Of a stretch of DNA of 64,000 nucleotides, positions 26,960 to 39,435 are shown piece after piece. Every line of letters starts with the position of its first letter. Within the stretch, counting starts at the first letter, position 1. The notes beneath the pieces were generated by a model. That model was not told the origin of the DNA. It was given only the letters and a program-made list of their open reading frames with translations, and made no database searches. The DNA comes from Octopus vulgaris (Eukaryota). The DNA lies in assembly GCA_951406725.2 (NCBI GenBank), contig OX597822.1, positions 55,862,001 through 55,926,000 of the forward strand, read 5' to 3'. The position numbers and the translations under genes are program-made.

Positions 26960-27995
26960 GACAGCCTAAAAACTTGAAAAAAAATTAACCTTAGCAACAA
27001 AGACCAAACATTCACTGTATCTAAATGCAATGAGAGCCGTTGTGGCACATGCCAATTCATACATACCGGCCAATATATAAACACAAAAACCGGGAAAATA
27101 TTCACAAACGCGAATATGAACTGCAAAAGCAGAAATTTAATTTACTGCATCAAATGCCTAAATTGTGAAGAAAAATATGTAGGTCAGACGGGAAATGCAC
27201 TGTCAGAACGCTCACGTGTACACCGACAACAGATTAGAGACCCAGAGGTCCGTCAGATACCTTTGAGAAACCACCTAGCAACATGTGGTCGGAAAATATA
27301 TATAATATTTCCATTCTACAAATTACACAGCCCAAGTGAAATCGAGAGGAAAATCAGAGAAAAGAATTTTATTGATAAATTCGAACCCAAGCTAAATAAG
27401 CAATAATAATAATACTTAGATAGCAGGAAAATTATCTTATTTAGGGTTAAAAGTTCTATTGCCACCACCATCACCACTAGCAACAATAATTAAGGTGCTG
27501 ACAATGATGATGATGACAATTGAAAATAAAAATATAAAAATCTCTGACAAAGGCTATTTACAACATTTCTAAAAATAACCCAACAATTGCTGCCTTGGCC
27601 AGGGTTAAGATACAGGACTCTTGACATGTCCAACAAAGCGTGACGCCTAAACCAACCATCTCAACCAACCAATCAGCTTAAGTAATTGAGTGATACTACA
27701 CACTGATTGGTCAGAATACAGTTTGCAAAACCTAGCAATCTGGAATCTACACAGCTGTATTTAAGGCACAGATTCAATCATCTCGCTACAGTCAAAAATT
27801 GTGAAACATGACTGTCACCACTACTACATGAACCTGAAGATTGCAGAAGATTGCATGAAAGTACTAGTTCAATCAGAATGAACATTTAACATTCTATTAT
27901 TTTATTTTATTTTATTATATTATATTATATCATTATAAGATTGTAAGTAAAACGTGAAAATCAGACAAGGTTGGAATTCCTTTTATTAATATAGT
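26960..27995 (+). mobile_element. 5'-truncated Penelope-like element (Cys cluster + GIY-YIG + 3' terminal repeat)
   Basis: In-frame KCNESRCGTCQFI ... MNCKSRNLIYCIKCLNCEEKYVGQTG ... RVHRQQI ... REKNFIDKFEPKLN (ORF ends 27406); HHR downstream. Confidence 0.92.
27829..27871 (+). ncRNA. Type I hammerhead ribozyme motif
   Basis: TGAAC-CTGAAGA-T-TGCAG-AAGA-TTGCA-T-GAA-AGTACT-A-GTTCA: 5-bp stem I, canonical core, palindromic stem III. Confidence 0.8.
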
Positions 27996-28023
27996 CTTCT
28001 ATACACAATCATACACACCCGTA

Positions 28024-28126
<103 letters not shown>

Positions 28127-28394
28127 GTGTGTGTGTGTGTATGTGTATACATACGTTATACACACACGTGTGTGTATATGTATGTACGTATACACACACG
28201 TGTGTGTATATGTATGTATGTACGTGTGTGTGATGTAATTTAAAATACATAGGTAGATAAGTACGAATATTTACTCGGTTATTTTGCTGTTGTTTTTATT
28301 CACCATTATTTCTTTGTAATTTTAAAAATATTGTTGTCCGGCAGAGCCATTCTTACTGTCGTGTCAATTGGTGCCAACCAGCACCAGCACCACC

Positions 28395-28461
<67 letters not shown>

Positions 28462-28865
28462 TAGCTGCTGTTGCTGCTGCTGTTCATAACGAGAGACTCC
28501 TACACAACAATCTTTATGATTACAAATTTGAAGTAATGACGCGTTTAAAAAGTTTCATTTCAGTTTTATTGAGGAGAAGTCAAGTAGGATTTCAGTGGCG
28601 AGGAAGTATGCATCTTACGCTACTTCTGAACACTTATTAACCTGAGGCTGAAGACAAAGTAATTATTCTTGGCTCATTTCAATTCTTATAGAAAAGATAT
28701 TCCTTCAATTAATTGATTTCATCATTAAAATATAAAATAAAAACATAGATACGTACAAGCATATATATATATATATATATGCGTTGCGGCTCTATGTGCA
28801 TATATAGATAGATGTATATATATCTATATTTATATCCTTCTATATGTTTGTCTATCTATCTGTCA

Positions 28866-28903
<38 letters not shown>

Positions 28904-28941
28904 ATAAAAACACATATACATATATACATATATGGATATAT

Positions 28942-28987
<46 letters not shown>

Positions 28988-29176
28988 ACATACATATATA
29001 CACATATATATGTGTATACATATATATATATATATATTCACATTCAATATATATATATATATATATTCACATTCAATATATATATATATATATATTCACA
29101 TTCAAAATGTGACCGCGTGTGTACCGTTGGCGATTTTTCCCCCGTCTTCACTTCCTTGGATCTTTCCTTTTACTAT

Positions 29177-29211
29177 GTTTCTGACGAAGAGCTCCGCTCG
29201 AAACGTTATAT
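29177..29211 (+). ncRNA. Hammerhead motif, family A
   Basis: GTTT-CTGACGA-A-GAGCTCCGCTC-GAA-ACGT-T-ATAT; stem I imperfect. Confidence 0.6.
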
Positions 29212-29408
29212 CCTCTTTCTTTCCTTTCCTGAGCATCTAATAGCACTATACTTGTTCCACGTCCTCGCGTTGTTGTGTTTTCTCAGTGTGTTTTCACGTT
29301 TGGATTAACTTTATATATATATACATATATATATAAATGTAAACGCATGTGTACCGTTGGCGATTTTTTTCCTCTGTCTTCCCTTCTCTGGATCTTTCCT
29401 TCACCTAT

Positions 29409-29443
29409 GTTTCCGACGAAGAGCTCCGCTCGAAACGTTAGAT
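29409..29443 (+). ncRNA. Hammerhead motif, family A (CCGACGA variant)
   Basis: GTTT-CCGACGA-A-GAGCTCCGCTC-GAA-ACGT-T-AGAT. Confidence 0.55.
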
Positions 29444-30091
29444 CCTCCTCCTTTCCTTCTTTCCTGAGCGTCCAATAATACTATAATTGTTCCACGTCCT
29501 CGCGTTGTGTTTTTTTGTGCTTTCATGTTTGGATTAACTTCATATATATATATAGATAGATATGTTTCTTTATTAGCCACACAGGGCTGAACACAGGGGG
29601 AACAAATTACAAAGTAGAGCTTTTCTTTTGGGGGAGAAAAAAAGGGGCGTAGGTTTTCGATCAAAAGGGGTCGTAAAAAAACAAAAAAGATATATATGTA
29701 TATATATATACACACAGAGGCGCATCGCATACAAACATACACACACAGACGCACACATACAGTTATATACAAATGTGTGTGTCTATGTGTGTGTGTTTGT
29801 AGATGCGTGACCTTGCTGGAAACTCGATAGGCAGGTTGTAGTTTCTACTTGCGGACCGGGCGGCATGTTGTGTCCTTGAGAATGTCGTTCCGAGAGACGC
29901 TTTCATAGTACTGTCTGCTGAAAATGACTACAAAGAGCACGTGGAAGTTTACCCTGAAACGAATTAGTTACACGTTTAAGAATAGGAATTCTCATACTCT
30001 TAGCCTCAACATCTTGAAAATCCAGAAAACCCCACTCTCATACAGAAAAGTCGAGGGGCGATTGAATACTCACAATTACACAAAACCCTGC

Positions 30092-30168
<77 letters not shown>

Positions 30169-30183
30169 CCTACCTATCTATCC

Positions 30184-30236
<53 letters not shown>

Positions 30237-30744
30237 CATGCATATATATACATATATATATGTGTGTATGTATGTATATATATACATATATACATACATA
30301 TGTTAAGGTTATTTCTACAGATATTCTAGAGAATTTAACGCCACTACTGAGTGTATATGCCATATAATGAGTGTATATGGCATATACACTCATTACCTGC
30401 TTTTGTGTTCGATCACATTGTCTGTCTACATCTGATGTCTCGATACGAAATGTTGTAGCATAATTCAGTATTCAACTTGTTATAAGTACCAATTGAAATC
30501 TAAATGCTGATATAATCGGCTTGCTGTTTCCCTCAGAATTGCTCGCCATTTTGCTAAAATGGGTGAAAAATTATTAGGTATCAAATTCTTTCGTCATGTT
30601 TACATAGTCATTTGATTATCAGTATTCAATACAGCCACAGTACAGTTTATTAGAACTGCCTAATAATTGATTTGTAACAAATGTAGGTAAGTAAAATGTG
30701 AGTATATGACGAAAGATTTTGATAATTTATGTTATACGTTACTA

Positions 30745-31993
30745 TCTTATAATAATTCTGCATGTCATTACGTTACTTAGCCCGTCGGTAACGCTTTCAC
30801 ATGATTAGAGAAAAAGAAGAAGAAAGAAAAGAGGGAGAGAGAAAAGAGAATAAGGCGAAGAGTGAAGCAGAAAGAGAGAGAAAAGACGGGAAGAGAAGCG
30901 TCCATTACATGTGTTGGGGGAAAGTAATATTTATTACGTGGTTAAAAAACTTAGTTGAAGTTAGTGATATAGTGGAGAATTAGGAATATAATTTTAGCAG
31001 AGGGGTGATGTTCTGATGGTGAGATTAAAGAAAGGTAGAGAGAGAGAGAGGTGGGGGAAATGATGATGGTAGTGGTGGTAGTGGATGGAGTGACGGTGAG
31101 TGCACAGTGAAAGTAATTTTTAAAAATTTGAATCAAGTTTTTTTTTAGTATTAGCTACCACTTAACGCATGCGCATCCCAAACTTGCCATTCACTTTAGA
31201 AAGAAACTAGTTTCCCGTTTGCCTGTCATATGCAATGACTATCAATAAATTCCAAGCGCAGACATCGATGTTTGGCGCTGTTCTTTTCCTGTTCTTGTCT
31301 AAAGTGGCGCTGTTCTTGCCTGTTCTTGCCTGAACCTATAGTCGGCCGTGGTAAGCTGTATGTTGCCTTCTCAAGGGATCGCAAATTATCTGATGTGAAA
31401 GTTAAAGTTATCAATACTGACAAACAAGGGAAAAGAAGAGAACTTACACGAAGAACATAGTTTGCAAAGAAGTATTGGATTGAAAGGTGTATGCAAACTG
31501 AAATGTGCATTATCTCTGTCCCATCGCCTTGGTTTATAAGTTACCAACGATGTGGTTTTCAGAGTATACCATATTGCATTAAATGTTTTTCCCTGTGAAA
31601 TTATGACCCCTATATTTTACATATAAAATATTTTCTATAAAATTCTTGTTTTCTAGATATGAAATTGTGACCATGTAAATTTTAAAATATAATTTTTTTT
31701 ATTTATGGGATAAATGGAAAAATCAAGTGAATACCCATTTTATGAGTGCTGTGTGTTAGGTCTTTAGATTGTGCATAGAGTATATAAAGTATATATATAA
31801 AGTATATATATAAAGTGTATTAAGTAATTATCGTTTTCCAATTTCCTTCACTTTTCAATGCATAGTAGATGAGCGACTCTCTTTTGATACAGACACAACA
31901 CAGGCTACACTTTCAGGTTTCTTGGATAAAGTTTTCAAGAATAACCCCATCGGTTTACTATTAATTCCGTCAAATATTCATGGGTCCCGCTAG
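30745..31993 (+). mobile_element. Non-autonomous Helitron with PIF1-type helicase remnant
   Basis: SYAMTINKFQAQT (about 31226-31264) and LFLPEPIVGRGKLYVAFSR (helicase motifs V/VI-like); CTAG|T 3' end at 31990-31994 after a degenerate hairpin; putative A|TC start (5' boundary less certain). Confidence 0.75.
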
Positions 31994-33509
31994 TTACAAA
32001 ATAATAGCAATATAAAAAAGAATCTAACAATGCATATAGATTTAATTCCTGCAATGTGAATTGTTTTTAAAAGTCTACAATGGCAAATATTTTAATGTCG
32101 ACAATGGCTAAAGTTTTTAATGGATAAAATTGTAACCAACATTATATTTTCTCTCAAAATGTCAGCGTAGTTTAATCACTAAAGTGGAAAATGTTCGTAC
32201 TAAATCAAACTTAGTTAATCTGTATTTTATGACAAAGTTTTAATGTTTTAACTATTGTTTGTATTGTGCTACAATTATGATTTTGTGCTGTATGTATATA
32301 TATTTCTATCATTAAAAACTATATCAATGTGTGATATTCATGATTATTTTACTATACGTACACACCTTAATGTCGTAGATATCTTAATGTCAGAAATGTT
32401 ATGATTCAGTATCGGACATGTTCACTTTACTACTTAAAAGTTCGCCGATTATGTCTTCAATGTCACCACCGAGTACTGATTTGTCATTTTTTTAGCGTCA
32501 ACATTTCAGTACTTGTAAATAAAATTTCTTCCTCATATATTACTAAAGTCTTTTGAGAAGTCATTAAACTATTTGATTTTATAGGAGTCGGTTGCCCGTA
32601 GTGAAGTTAATGCACTTCCTCTGTAGTGTTACGAGTGAAATAGAATGTCTTTAGTGAGGGTCGAGTTTCCACTTTGGTCTTAGCTCCAAGCCAGTGTACT
32701 GCTTTTCAACATCGCAACAATATGCATTCCACTTGACTAATTTAAAAAAAAGCAGTATATCAGTATGGCTATTATAAAGCTGGATAAATTACATTGTGTT
32801 TATATTGCTGAACTCTGAGTTCAAATCCTGCTGAGTTTAATTTTGCATAACATGCTATCAGAATCGATAAATAAACAACAAATCTAGTGATTGTTAGAAC
32901 ATCGGACGGAATATCTTCTGGCAGCTATTTTTTTCTTTAGCATTCTAAGCTGAACTACGCTAACGGTCAGAGTTAGTTATCCAGACACAGACTACAATTT
33001 GATTATGAATGTTGTAATAAACAAAAGAGCATTTTGGCTGTCTGCTATTGCAGATGACCACGAGACATATAAGCCAGCTATTTTCGGGATGGAGAATCAA
33101 AATTACCTCTTATGGTTTCAGGGTCGATAAAATAAATAGCAGTTGAGCACAGCGGTTGATGTAATTGACTAAATCCATTCACTGTAAAATGACTGATCTT
33201 GTGCTAAAATTTGAAACCAAATAATTTAAAGAATATATACAAACAGTGTTTCAATGATACTTTTATGAATCTTACCGTAAGAAAATCAATGTTGACTATG
33301 AGAAAGTTTGAACACACAACACATAAAGTAGGATCAAAACTTTAAAAAAAGAATATATCGAGTTTGTCGGTTAACTATTGAAAACCATCACAAAGTTTCT
33401 AATATTGATGGTCAGTCTGCAACCTCAGCTATAAATTGATTTGTTCTGTAAGAGCTGACTTGTACCTAAACAACTAAAACAATAACAATGATAACGATGT
33501 CGACACAGT

Positions 33510-33985
33510 GGAGGCACAATGGCCCAGTGGTTAGGGCAGCAGACTCGCGGTCGTAAGAACGCGTTTCGATTCCCAGACTGGGCATTGTGAGTGTTTATTG
33601 AGCAAAAACAGCTAAGCTCCATGAGGCTTCGGCGGGGTTGGGGGTGAACTCCGCTGTACTCTTTCTCGCTCTTTCTTCCTACTTCTGCTACAAAGCAGAG
33701 GAACCATGGTGTAACCCACTATGGTGTGGTAAACTTTCAGACCCTAGTCTAGATTGCGAACCCTCTGTACCCCAGGATGGTCCAGCTCCCTACCCGTTAA
33801 AAGCCACCGTTTACGGAATGAGGATAACAACGTAGCTTTCGCGCCCGTGCAACCGCCAGTCTATCACGTGTGGTGGGTGGATCTTCAAGTTGCCACACGC
33901 ATTCTTAGTAGCTTAGAGTAGGCTCGAGTTCGAGATTATTTTTTGTGGCTAATGGCGTGAGTCCTGATTGGAAGAAGAAGAAACA
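33510..33985 (+). mobile_element. tRNA-derived SINE with GC-rich body and (GAA)n tail
   Basis: GGAGGCACAATGGCCCAGTGGTTAGGGC ... GTTTCGATTCCC head; CORE-like TTGAGCAAAAACAGCTAA; ends GGAAGAAGAAGAA. Confidence 0.75.
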
Positions 33986-34614
33986 GCTACACAACAACAA
34001 TGTTGATCTTCTTGTTCGAAGCTTTTTGATTTACTTCATGCAATAATAGAATCCTTATGGGAGAAAAAAGCCATTAATAATCGATTGGAAACATATTTTC
34101 AATTTGACTGGAAATTGATTAAGTATTTATTGAATCTTGACTAAGAACGATCAACATCTGACAGATTAAAATTTGATTGATAATGAATCTAATTGCATAA
34201 AGTAATTTTAATTTCAACGACTTTGATATTCCAAATCTGTTTAGAGAGAACTTCAATATTGTAATATTTATTCATGCCACTACGTTGGCATAAACTGTAG
34301 AGCGTGGCTGCTTTTCAATATTTAACTTTGGCCTTCCATTTACTGTCCTATCTACTCTACATTTAAAGTTCACACACACACACACACACACATGTATATC
34401 GTAGTGGTTGCAGTTATTACTGGGGAAATAATCCTTTCTTCATAATATCTAGCTGGATTAAAAATCTGAATTTACATTAAAAAAATTTTTTCTCGTTTAA
34501 ATAATTCGAAGTTCTAAAAAATCTAGTTTCTCCCTCTCTCTTTCTTTCACTCCCTCTCTTTTCTCCCCCTCTCTCTCTTTCTTTCTCTCTCTCATTCTTT
34601 CAGCATATATATAT

Positions 34615-35019
34615 AGGCGCAGGAGTGGCTGTGTGGTAAGTAGCTTGCTTACCAACCACATGGTTCCGGGTTCAGTCCCACTGCGTGGCACCTTGGGCAA
34701 GTGTCTTCTACTATAGCCTCGGGCCGACCAAAGCCTTGTGAGTGGATTTAGTAGATGGAAACTGGAAGAAGCCCGTCGTATATATGTATATATATATATA
34801 TATGCGTGTGTGTGTTTGTGTGTCTGTGTTTGTCTCCCTAGCATTGCTTGACAACCGATGCTGGTGTGTTTATGTCCCCGTTACTTAGCGGTTCGGCAAA
34901 AGAGACTGATAGAATAAGTATTGGGCTTACAAAAGAATAAGTCCCGGGGTCGAGTTGCTCGATTAAAGGCGGTGCTCCAGCATGGTCACAGTCAAATGAC
35001 TGAAACAAGTAAAGAGTAA
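34615..35019 (+). mobile_element. SINE family A, full length
   Basis: AGGCGCAGGAGTGGCTGTGTGGTAAG ... GGTTCAGTCCC ... CCTTGGGCAAGTGTCTT ... GACTGAAACAAGTAAAGAGT. Confidence 0.92.
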
Positions 35020-35074
35020 TATATATATATATATATATATACTTTATTTTAAGCAGCAGAAAATTCAACAAAAT

Positions 35075-35112
35075 CTGTTACTCTGAGTTTCTCGTTGCCG
35101 TTCATCAGACAG
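35075..35112 (-). ncRNA. Type I hammerhead motif (mirror copy)
   Basis: Exact reverse complement of 35129-35166. Confidence 0.75.
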
Positions 35113-35128
35113 TTTTTGCTAGAAAAAA

Positions 35129-35166
35129 CTGTCTGATGAACGGCAACGAGAAACTCAGAGTAACAG
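35129..35166 (+). ncRNA. Type I hammerhead motif
   Basis: CTGT-CTGATGA-A-CG-GCAA-CG-A-GAA-ACTC-A-GAGT-A-ACAG; GUA triplet, near-palindromic stem III, weak stem II. Confidence 0.75.
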
Positions 35167-35268
35167 ATTTTGTTGAATTTTCTGCTGCTTAAAATAAAGC
35201 ATATTACTCTACCACTGGTATTTGAGTACTCTTTTTTCCACCTTGTTTCACATTTATGTGTTTACTCC

Positions 35269-35310
<42 letters not shown>

Positions 35311-35629
35311 AATGTATCATTCTCTGGGAACGTTCCTTTTGATACAGACAGAAGTGCATCGAAGAAAAATATGCACAGAAGAATTAAGTTTTAACTCGTT
35401 GCATTCTGAATTCAAATAATAACGGCATGGATTTTTATTGTTCAAATTTGATGGATAGACAAAATATTAATTAGCTGTGTGCTGACGTTAACTCAATCGA
35501 TCATAAATCATTTCCGTTGAAACTGGCTTTGTGCAGAGATCAGGAATCAATATTATATCCGCTAATGTTTAGATATTGATATATTGTTGACGTTTTAAAC
35601 ATACCAGTTTCGTTGTTGCTATTTGGCAT

Positions 35630-36455
35630 TTGCTGGATGGTATTGGCGAAGTCGTTAGAGCGCGGGTATTTGTTCTGTTTCACTCTATTCAAAACTTAAA
35701 TCCGTTAAGTTCAGTTCTGTGTTTTACTTCTCTTAGGGGCGATAAAATAAAGTACATGCCGGGCAAAATGTTCAGCGATCTTTCATCCTTTTGAGATCGA
35801 TAAAATATGTACCAGTTGAACACTGGGATCAATATAATCGACTTAGCCCCTTGATCAAACCTGTTGGCCTTGTGCCAAATTTGAAACCAATATTTACATT
35901 GTGTCAGGCGGCGAGCTGGCAGAAACGTTAGCACGCCGGGCGAAATGCTTAGCAGTATTTCGTCTGCCGCTACGTTCTGAGTTCAAATCCTGCCGATGTC
36001 GACTTTGCCTTTCATCCTTTCGGGGTCGATAAATTAAGTACCAGTTACGCACTGGGGTCGATATAATCGACTTAATCCGTTTGTCTGTCCTTGTTTGTCC
36101 TCTCTGCGTTTAGCCCCTTGAGGGTAGTAAAGAAATAGGTCTGAGTTCAAATACCGACGGGGTCGACTTTACTTTTCATCCTTTCTTAGCTGATAAATTA
36201 AGTACCAGTTATGCACTGGGGTCGATGTAATCGACCCATCCCCTCCCCAAAATTTCAGGCCTTGTGCCTTTAGTAGAAAAGAATAGTTAGGTGAAATACT
36301 ATGCGACATTTCATCCTTCGGTGTTCAAATTCTTCCGAGGTCGACTTTTATTCTTTCGCTATCGATAAAATAGGTTCCAGTTGAATACTGAGGTCGATGT
36401 AACCAACTTATTCCCTCTCACGAAATTGCTGACCTTGTGCCAAAATTTGAAATCA
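35630..36455 (+). mobile_element. Head-to-tail array of SINE family B copies (intact copy about 35906-36140)
   Basis: Variants of the GATAAA(T/A)TAAGTACCAGT block recur about five times. Confidence 0.85.
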
Positions 36456-37187
36456 ATATTTACACTGGGAGATTTTGCAGGTCTTTTGTTCCCAGACATT
36501 AAGTATTCTAGGATACTAATCCCAGCCGGTCCACCTTATTATCTTGTCCTAAATTGATTCAGTCATCAGTGCTCTCCTGCTTAAATATAACAAAGTAGCA
36601 AGATTAAGAAAAAAGCAGTTCTGTCAGTGATCTCGTATAGGGTTCTTTCCAAGGCGAAATTTTCGCGTTTCCTCTAGTGGGAAGAACTAGATTCCGAGCA
36701 TCATGCCGTTTTTCAAATCACAGTAGAAAGCCAGGTTAATGAATGATATCAAATGATTCACAATGAAAAAGAGAAATAATATATTCTTCGGAAACACTGC
36801 ATTTATGAGATGTCATTATATTCATAATATATTTTGTACTGGCGGCACATGGGCATATAAACTGTCTCATAATGTATTTAGTAGTAGATTTTACGTCCAA
36901 TTATAACATCGGTAATACTTAAGCAGTGATTAGTTGTTACTTTGCTAAGATGATTATGAAGATTAACGACTACGTTTAAGAGATAAACTTTTGTGTTAGT
37001 ATATACAAACACCCACAAAAATGCACATACACAAGTTGATATGTATGAGTGTGCGAGTGCGTGTCAGTATTTATGCATGTATATATGTATGTATATGCAT
37101 ACACAAACACATATAAACACACACATACATAAACTGTAACACACACATACACATACACACACACACACAACCACCCCCACACACATA

Positions 37188-37563
37188 CAGTACCGTGCAA
37201 AAGTTTTCGACCTCTTTTAAACTATTAAAAGTTTCTACTAATTGCTACAGTAACTTCTTGATATGAACGTTATGTAAAAAATTTCATTGTAGATAATTTT
37301 TCTGCCTGAAGGCACTGTATCTTGATTGGTTTATTTGACGTGGCCGATGACTTTTGCAAGGCCATTTTTGGTGGTCGTCTCGCATCCTCCCCTCTCATTC
37401 AGAACTCCTACCACAAAATATAATGATTAGGCATGGAAATGACTCCAACAGGGCTAATGTTTCATCTGTAAAAAAATGCAATGCGAAACATCCACTTATA
37501 AGTTGGCAATTAGTAGAAATGTATAGTTGTTTAAAGTGACCGAAGACTTTTTATATGTTATAT
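37188..37563. mobile_element. Possible Tc1-type MITE
   Basis: TA|CAGTACCGTGCAAAAGTTTTCGACC left end and a degenerate inverted copy near 37535-37563. Confidence 0.45.
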
Positions 37564-37823
37564 AGGCGGTTAATAAATTGAATAAATTGTATTGTGATAA
37601 TTATTCCACACTTCTGCGTTCAGAGTTCGAATCGCGCTGGAGTCAACATTTGCGTTAGTCCTTTCGGGATAGATAAATAAAATAAATCTTGTACTGAGGT
37701 AGATTCTCTTTTTCCCTCATTGCTGTTTGTTTTCTCTCTTTCTGGAAGAAATAGACTTTGGTCAAACCTCGAGAGAGGTCTGGCCCCTAAAAAAATGCTG
37801 GTCTTTTGCCTTGCACAAAGAAG

Positions 37824-37876
<53 letters not shown>

Positions 37877-37884
37877 TATATATG

Positions 37885-38068
37885 TAGGGGAAGAATTCAC
37901 AAAAAAAAACAAAACAAAATACGAAGGCAGATGGTGTAGACAACAAACAGATGTATTAGTATAACGCTCGGGAAGTGAAAAAGTCTTTAACGTTTCGAGC
38001 CAACGCTCTTCCACAGAAAGGAACACAGAAAGAAACAAGGAATGAAAATAAAGACTGTGTAGTGGCTA
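37885..38068 (-). mobile_element. Solo PLE terminal repeat, family B (HHR-like motif at 37985-38020)
   Basis: Homologous to 2525-2720; minus strand CTTT-CTGTGGA-A-GAGC-GTTG-GCTC-GAA-ACGT-T-AAAG. Confidence 0.8.
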
Positions 38069-38069
38069 G

Positions 38070-38340
38070 AGTCCCGGCGACGTGTTGTGTCCCAGAGCAT
38101 GACATTTTATCTCACCTTGCTCCAGTCCACTCAGATGGCAAAAATGAATAGTACCTGTATTTCAAAGGGCCAGCCTTGTCACACTCTGTGTCACATTGAA
38201 TCTCCCTGAGAATTACGTTAAGGGTACACATGCCTGTGGAGTGCTCAGCCACTTGCACGTTAATTTCACGAGCAAGCTAGCTGTTCCGTTGATCGTATCA
38301 GCAGGGACCCTCGTCGTCGTGACCGACGGAGTGCTCCTTG
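38070..38340 (+). mobile_element. SINE family D, 5' truncated
   Basis: Matches the 55893-56215 body (AAAGGGCCAGCCTTGTCAC...GGAGTGCTCC). Confidence 0.85.
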
Positions 38341-38361
38341 TAAATACACATGCGCGCGCGC

Positions 38362-38411
<50 letters not shown>

Positions 38412-38412
38412 C

Positions 38413-38637
38413 TTTATTGCCCACAAGGTGCTAAACACGGAGGGGACAAACAAGGACAGACAAACGGATTAAGTCGATTACATCGACCCCAGTGCGTAAC
38501 TGGCACTTAATTTATCGACCCTGAAAGGATGAAAGGCAAAGTCGACCTCGTCGGAATTTGAACTCACAACGTAAAGACAGATGAGATACCGCTAAGCATT
38601 TCGCCCGGCGTACTAACGATTCTGGCAGCTTGCCGCC
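38413..38637 (-). mobile_element. SINE family B, full length
   Basis: Reverse complement of the 35906 and 58613 copies. Confidence 0.88.
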
Positions 38638-38654
38638 CTAGGAACTATATACAT

Positions 38655-38795
38655 AAGCGTAGCTGTGTGATAAGAAGATTGTTTCCCAATCGCATGGTTC
38701 TGGCTTTAGTCCCACTACGGGATACCTTTAGCAAGTGTCCTCTACTGCAGCACAGGGCCAAGCAAAGATTTATGACAGAAACTTAAAGAACTCCG

Positions 38796-38873
<78 letters not shown>

Positions 38874-39231
38874 GTGTGTTTGTAGGGGAATATGATTATT
38901 TTTCCACCTGCTTGACAAGCGGTGCTCGTTTGTTTAAATTCCCATAACTTAGCGGTTCGGCAATAGCTACCAATAGATTAGTACCAGACTTGAGAAAAAT
39001 AAGTACTGGGGTCGATTTTCTTCGCTTAAAGCCTTTCAAAGTGGTACCCTAGCATGGCCGCCGTCTAATGACTGAATCAGTGGATGTATGGTAGGAAGCT
39101 TTCTTCCCAACCACATGCTTCTGGGTTAAGTCCCACTGCGTGGCACCTTGGGCAAGTGTTTTCTACTACAGCCCCGGGCCGACCAAAGCCTTGCAGATGT
39201 GTTTAGTAGGCGGGAACTGAAAGAAGCTCGT

Positions 39232-39235
<4 letters not shown>
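38655..39235 (+). mobile_element. Two SINE family A-related copies
   Basis: GTCCCACT(A/G)CG...ACCTT...CAAGTG and AACTTAGCGGTTCGGCAA blocks. Confidence 0.75.
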
Positions 39236-39268
<33 letters not shown>

Positions 39269-39380
39269 CGTGACCACGTGACCGACCAGACCATCAGATA
39301 TTGTTACACATCGCTGGTCACAATGCGTTCGCATTGTTTTAGCCTTCGAATGACGCCTCCCCGCTGGCTAAGCGAGCAGG

Positions 39381-39434
<54 letters not shown>

Positions 39435-39435
<1 letters not shown>

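Larger units (their letters stand above)
29108..29541 (+). mobile_element. Two tandem direct copies of the family A HHR element
   Basis: ~200-bp units at 29108-29312 and 29339-29541 separated by a TA-rich tract. Confidence 0.85.
35042..35271. mobile_element. Fold-back PLE terminal-repeat element: perfect 76-bp inverted repeat plus ~70-bp tail
   Basis: Arms 35042-35117 and 35124-35199 are exact reverse complements; flanked by (TA)n on both sides. Confidence 0.85.

Noticed and set aside
33510-33585. tRNA gene-like heads (also at 18578, 34615, 55893)
   Set aside because: A and B boxes are present but there is no complete cloverleaf, and they continue into SINE bodies.
35630-36455. CRISPR-like periodic repeats
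   Set aside because: Units are SINE fragments with homologous rather than unique spacers; eukaryotic context and no cas genes.
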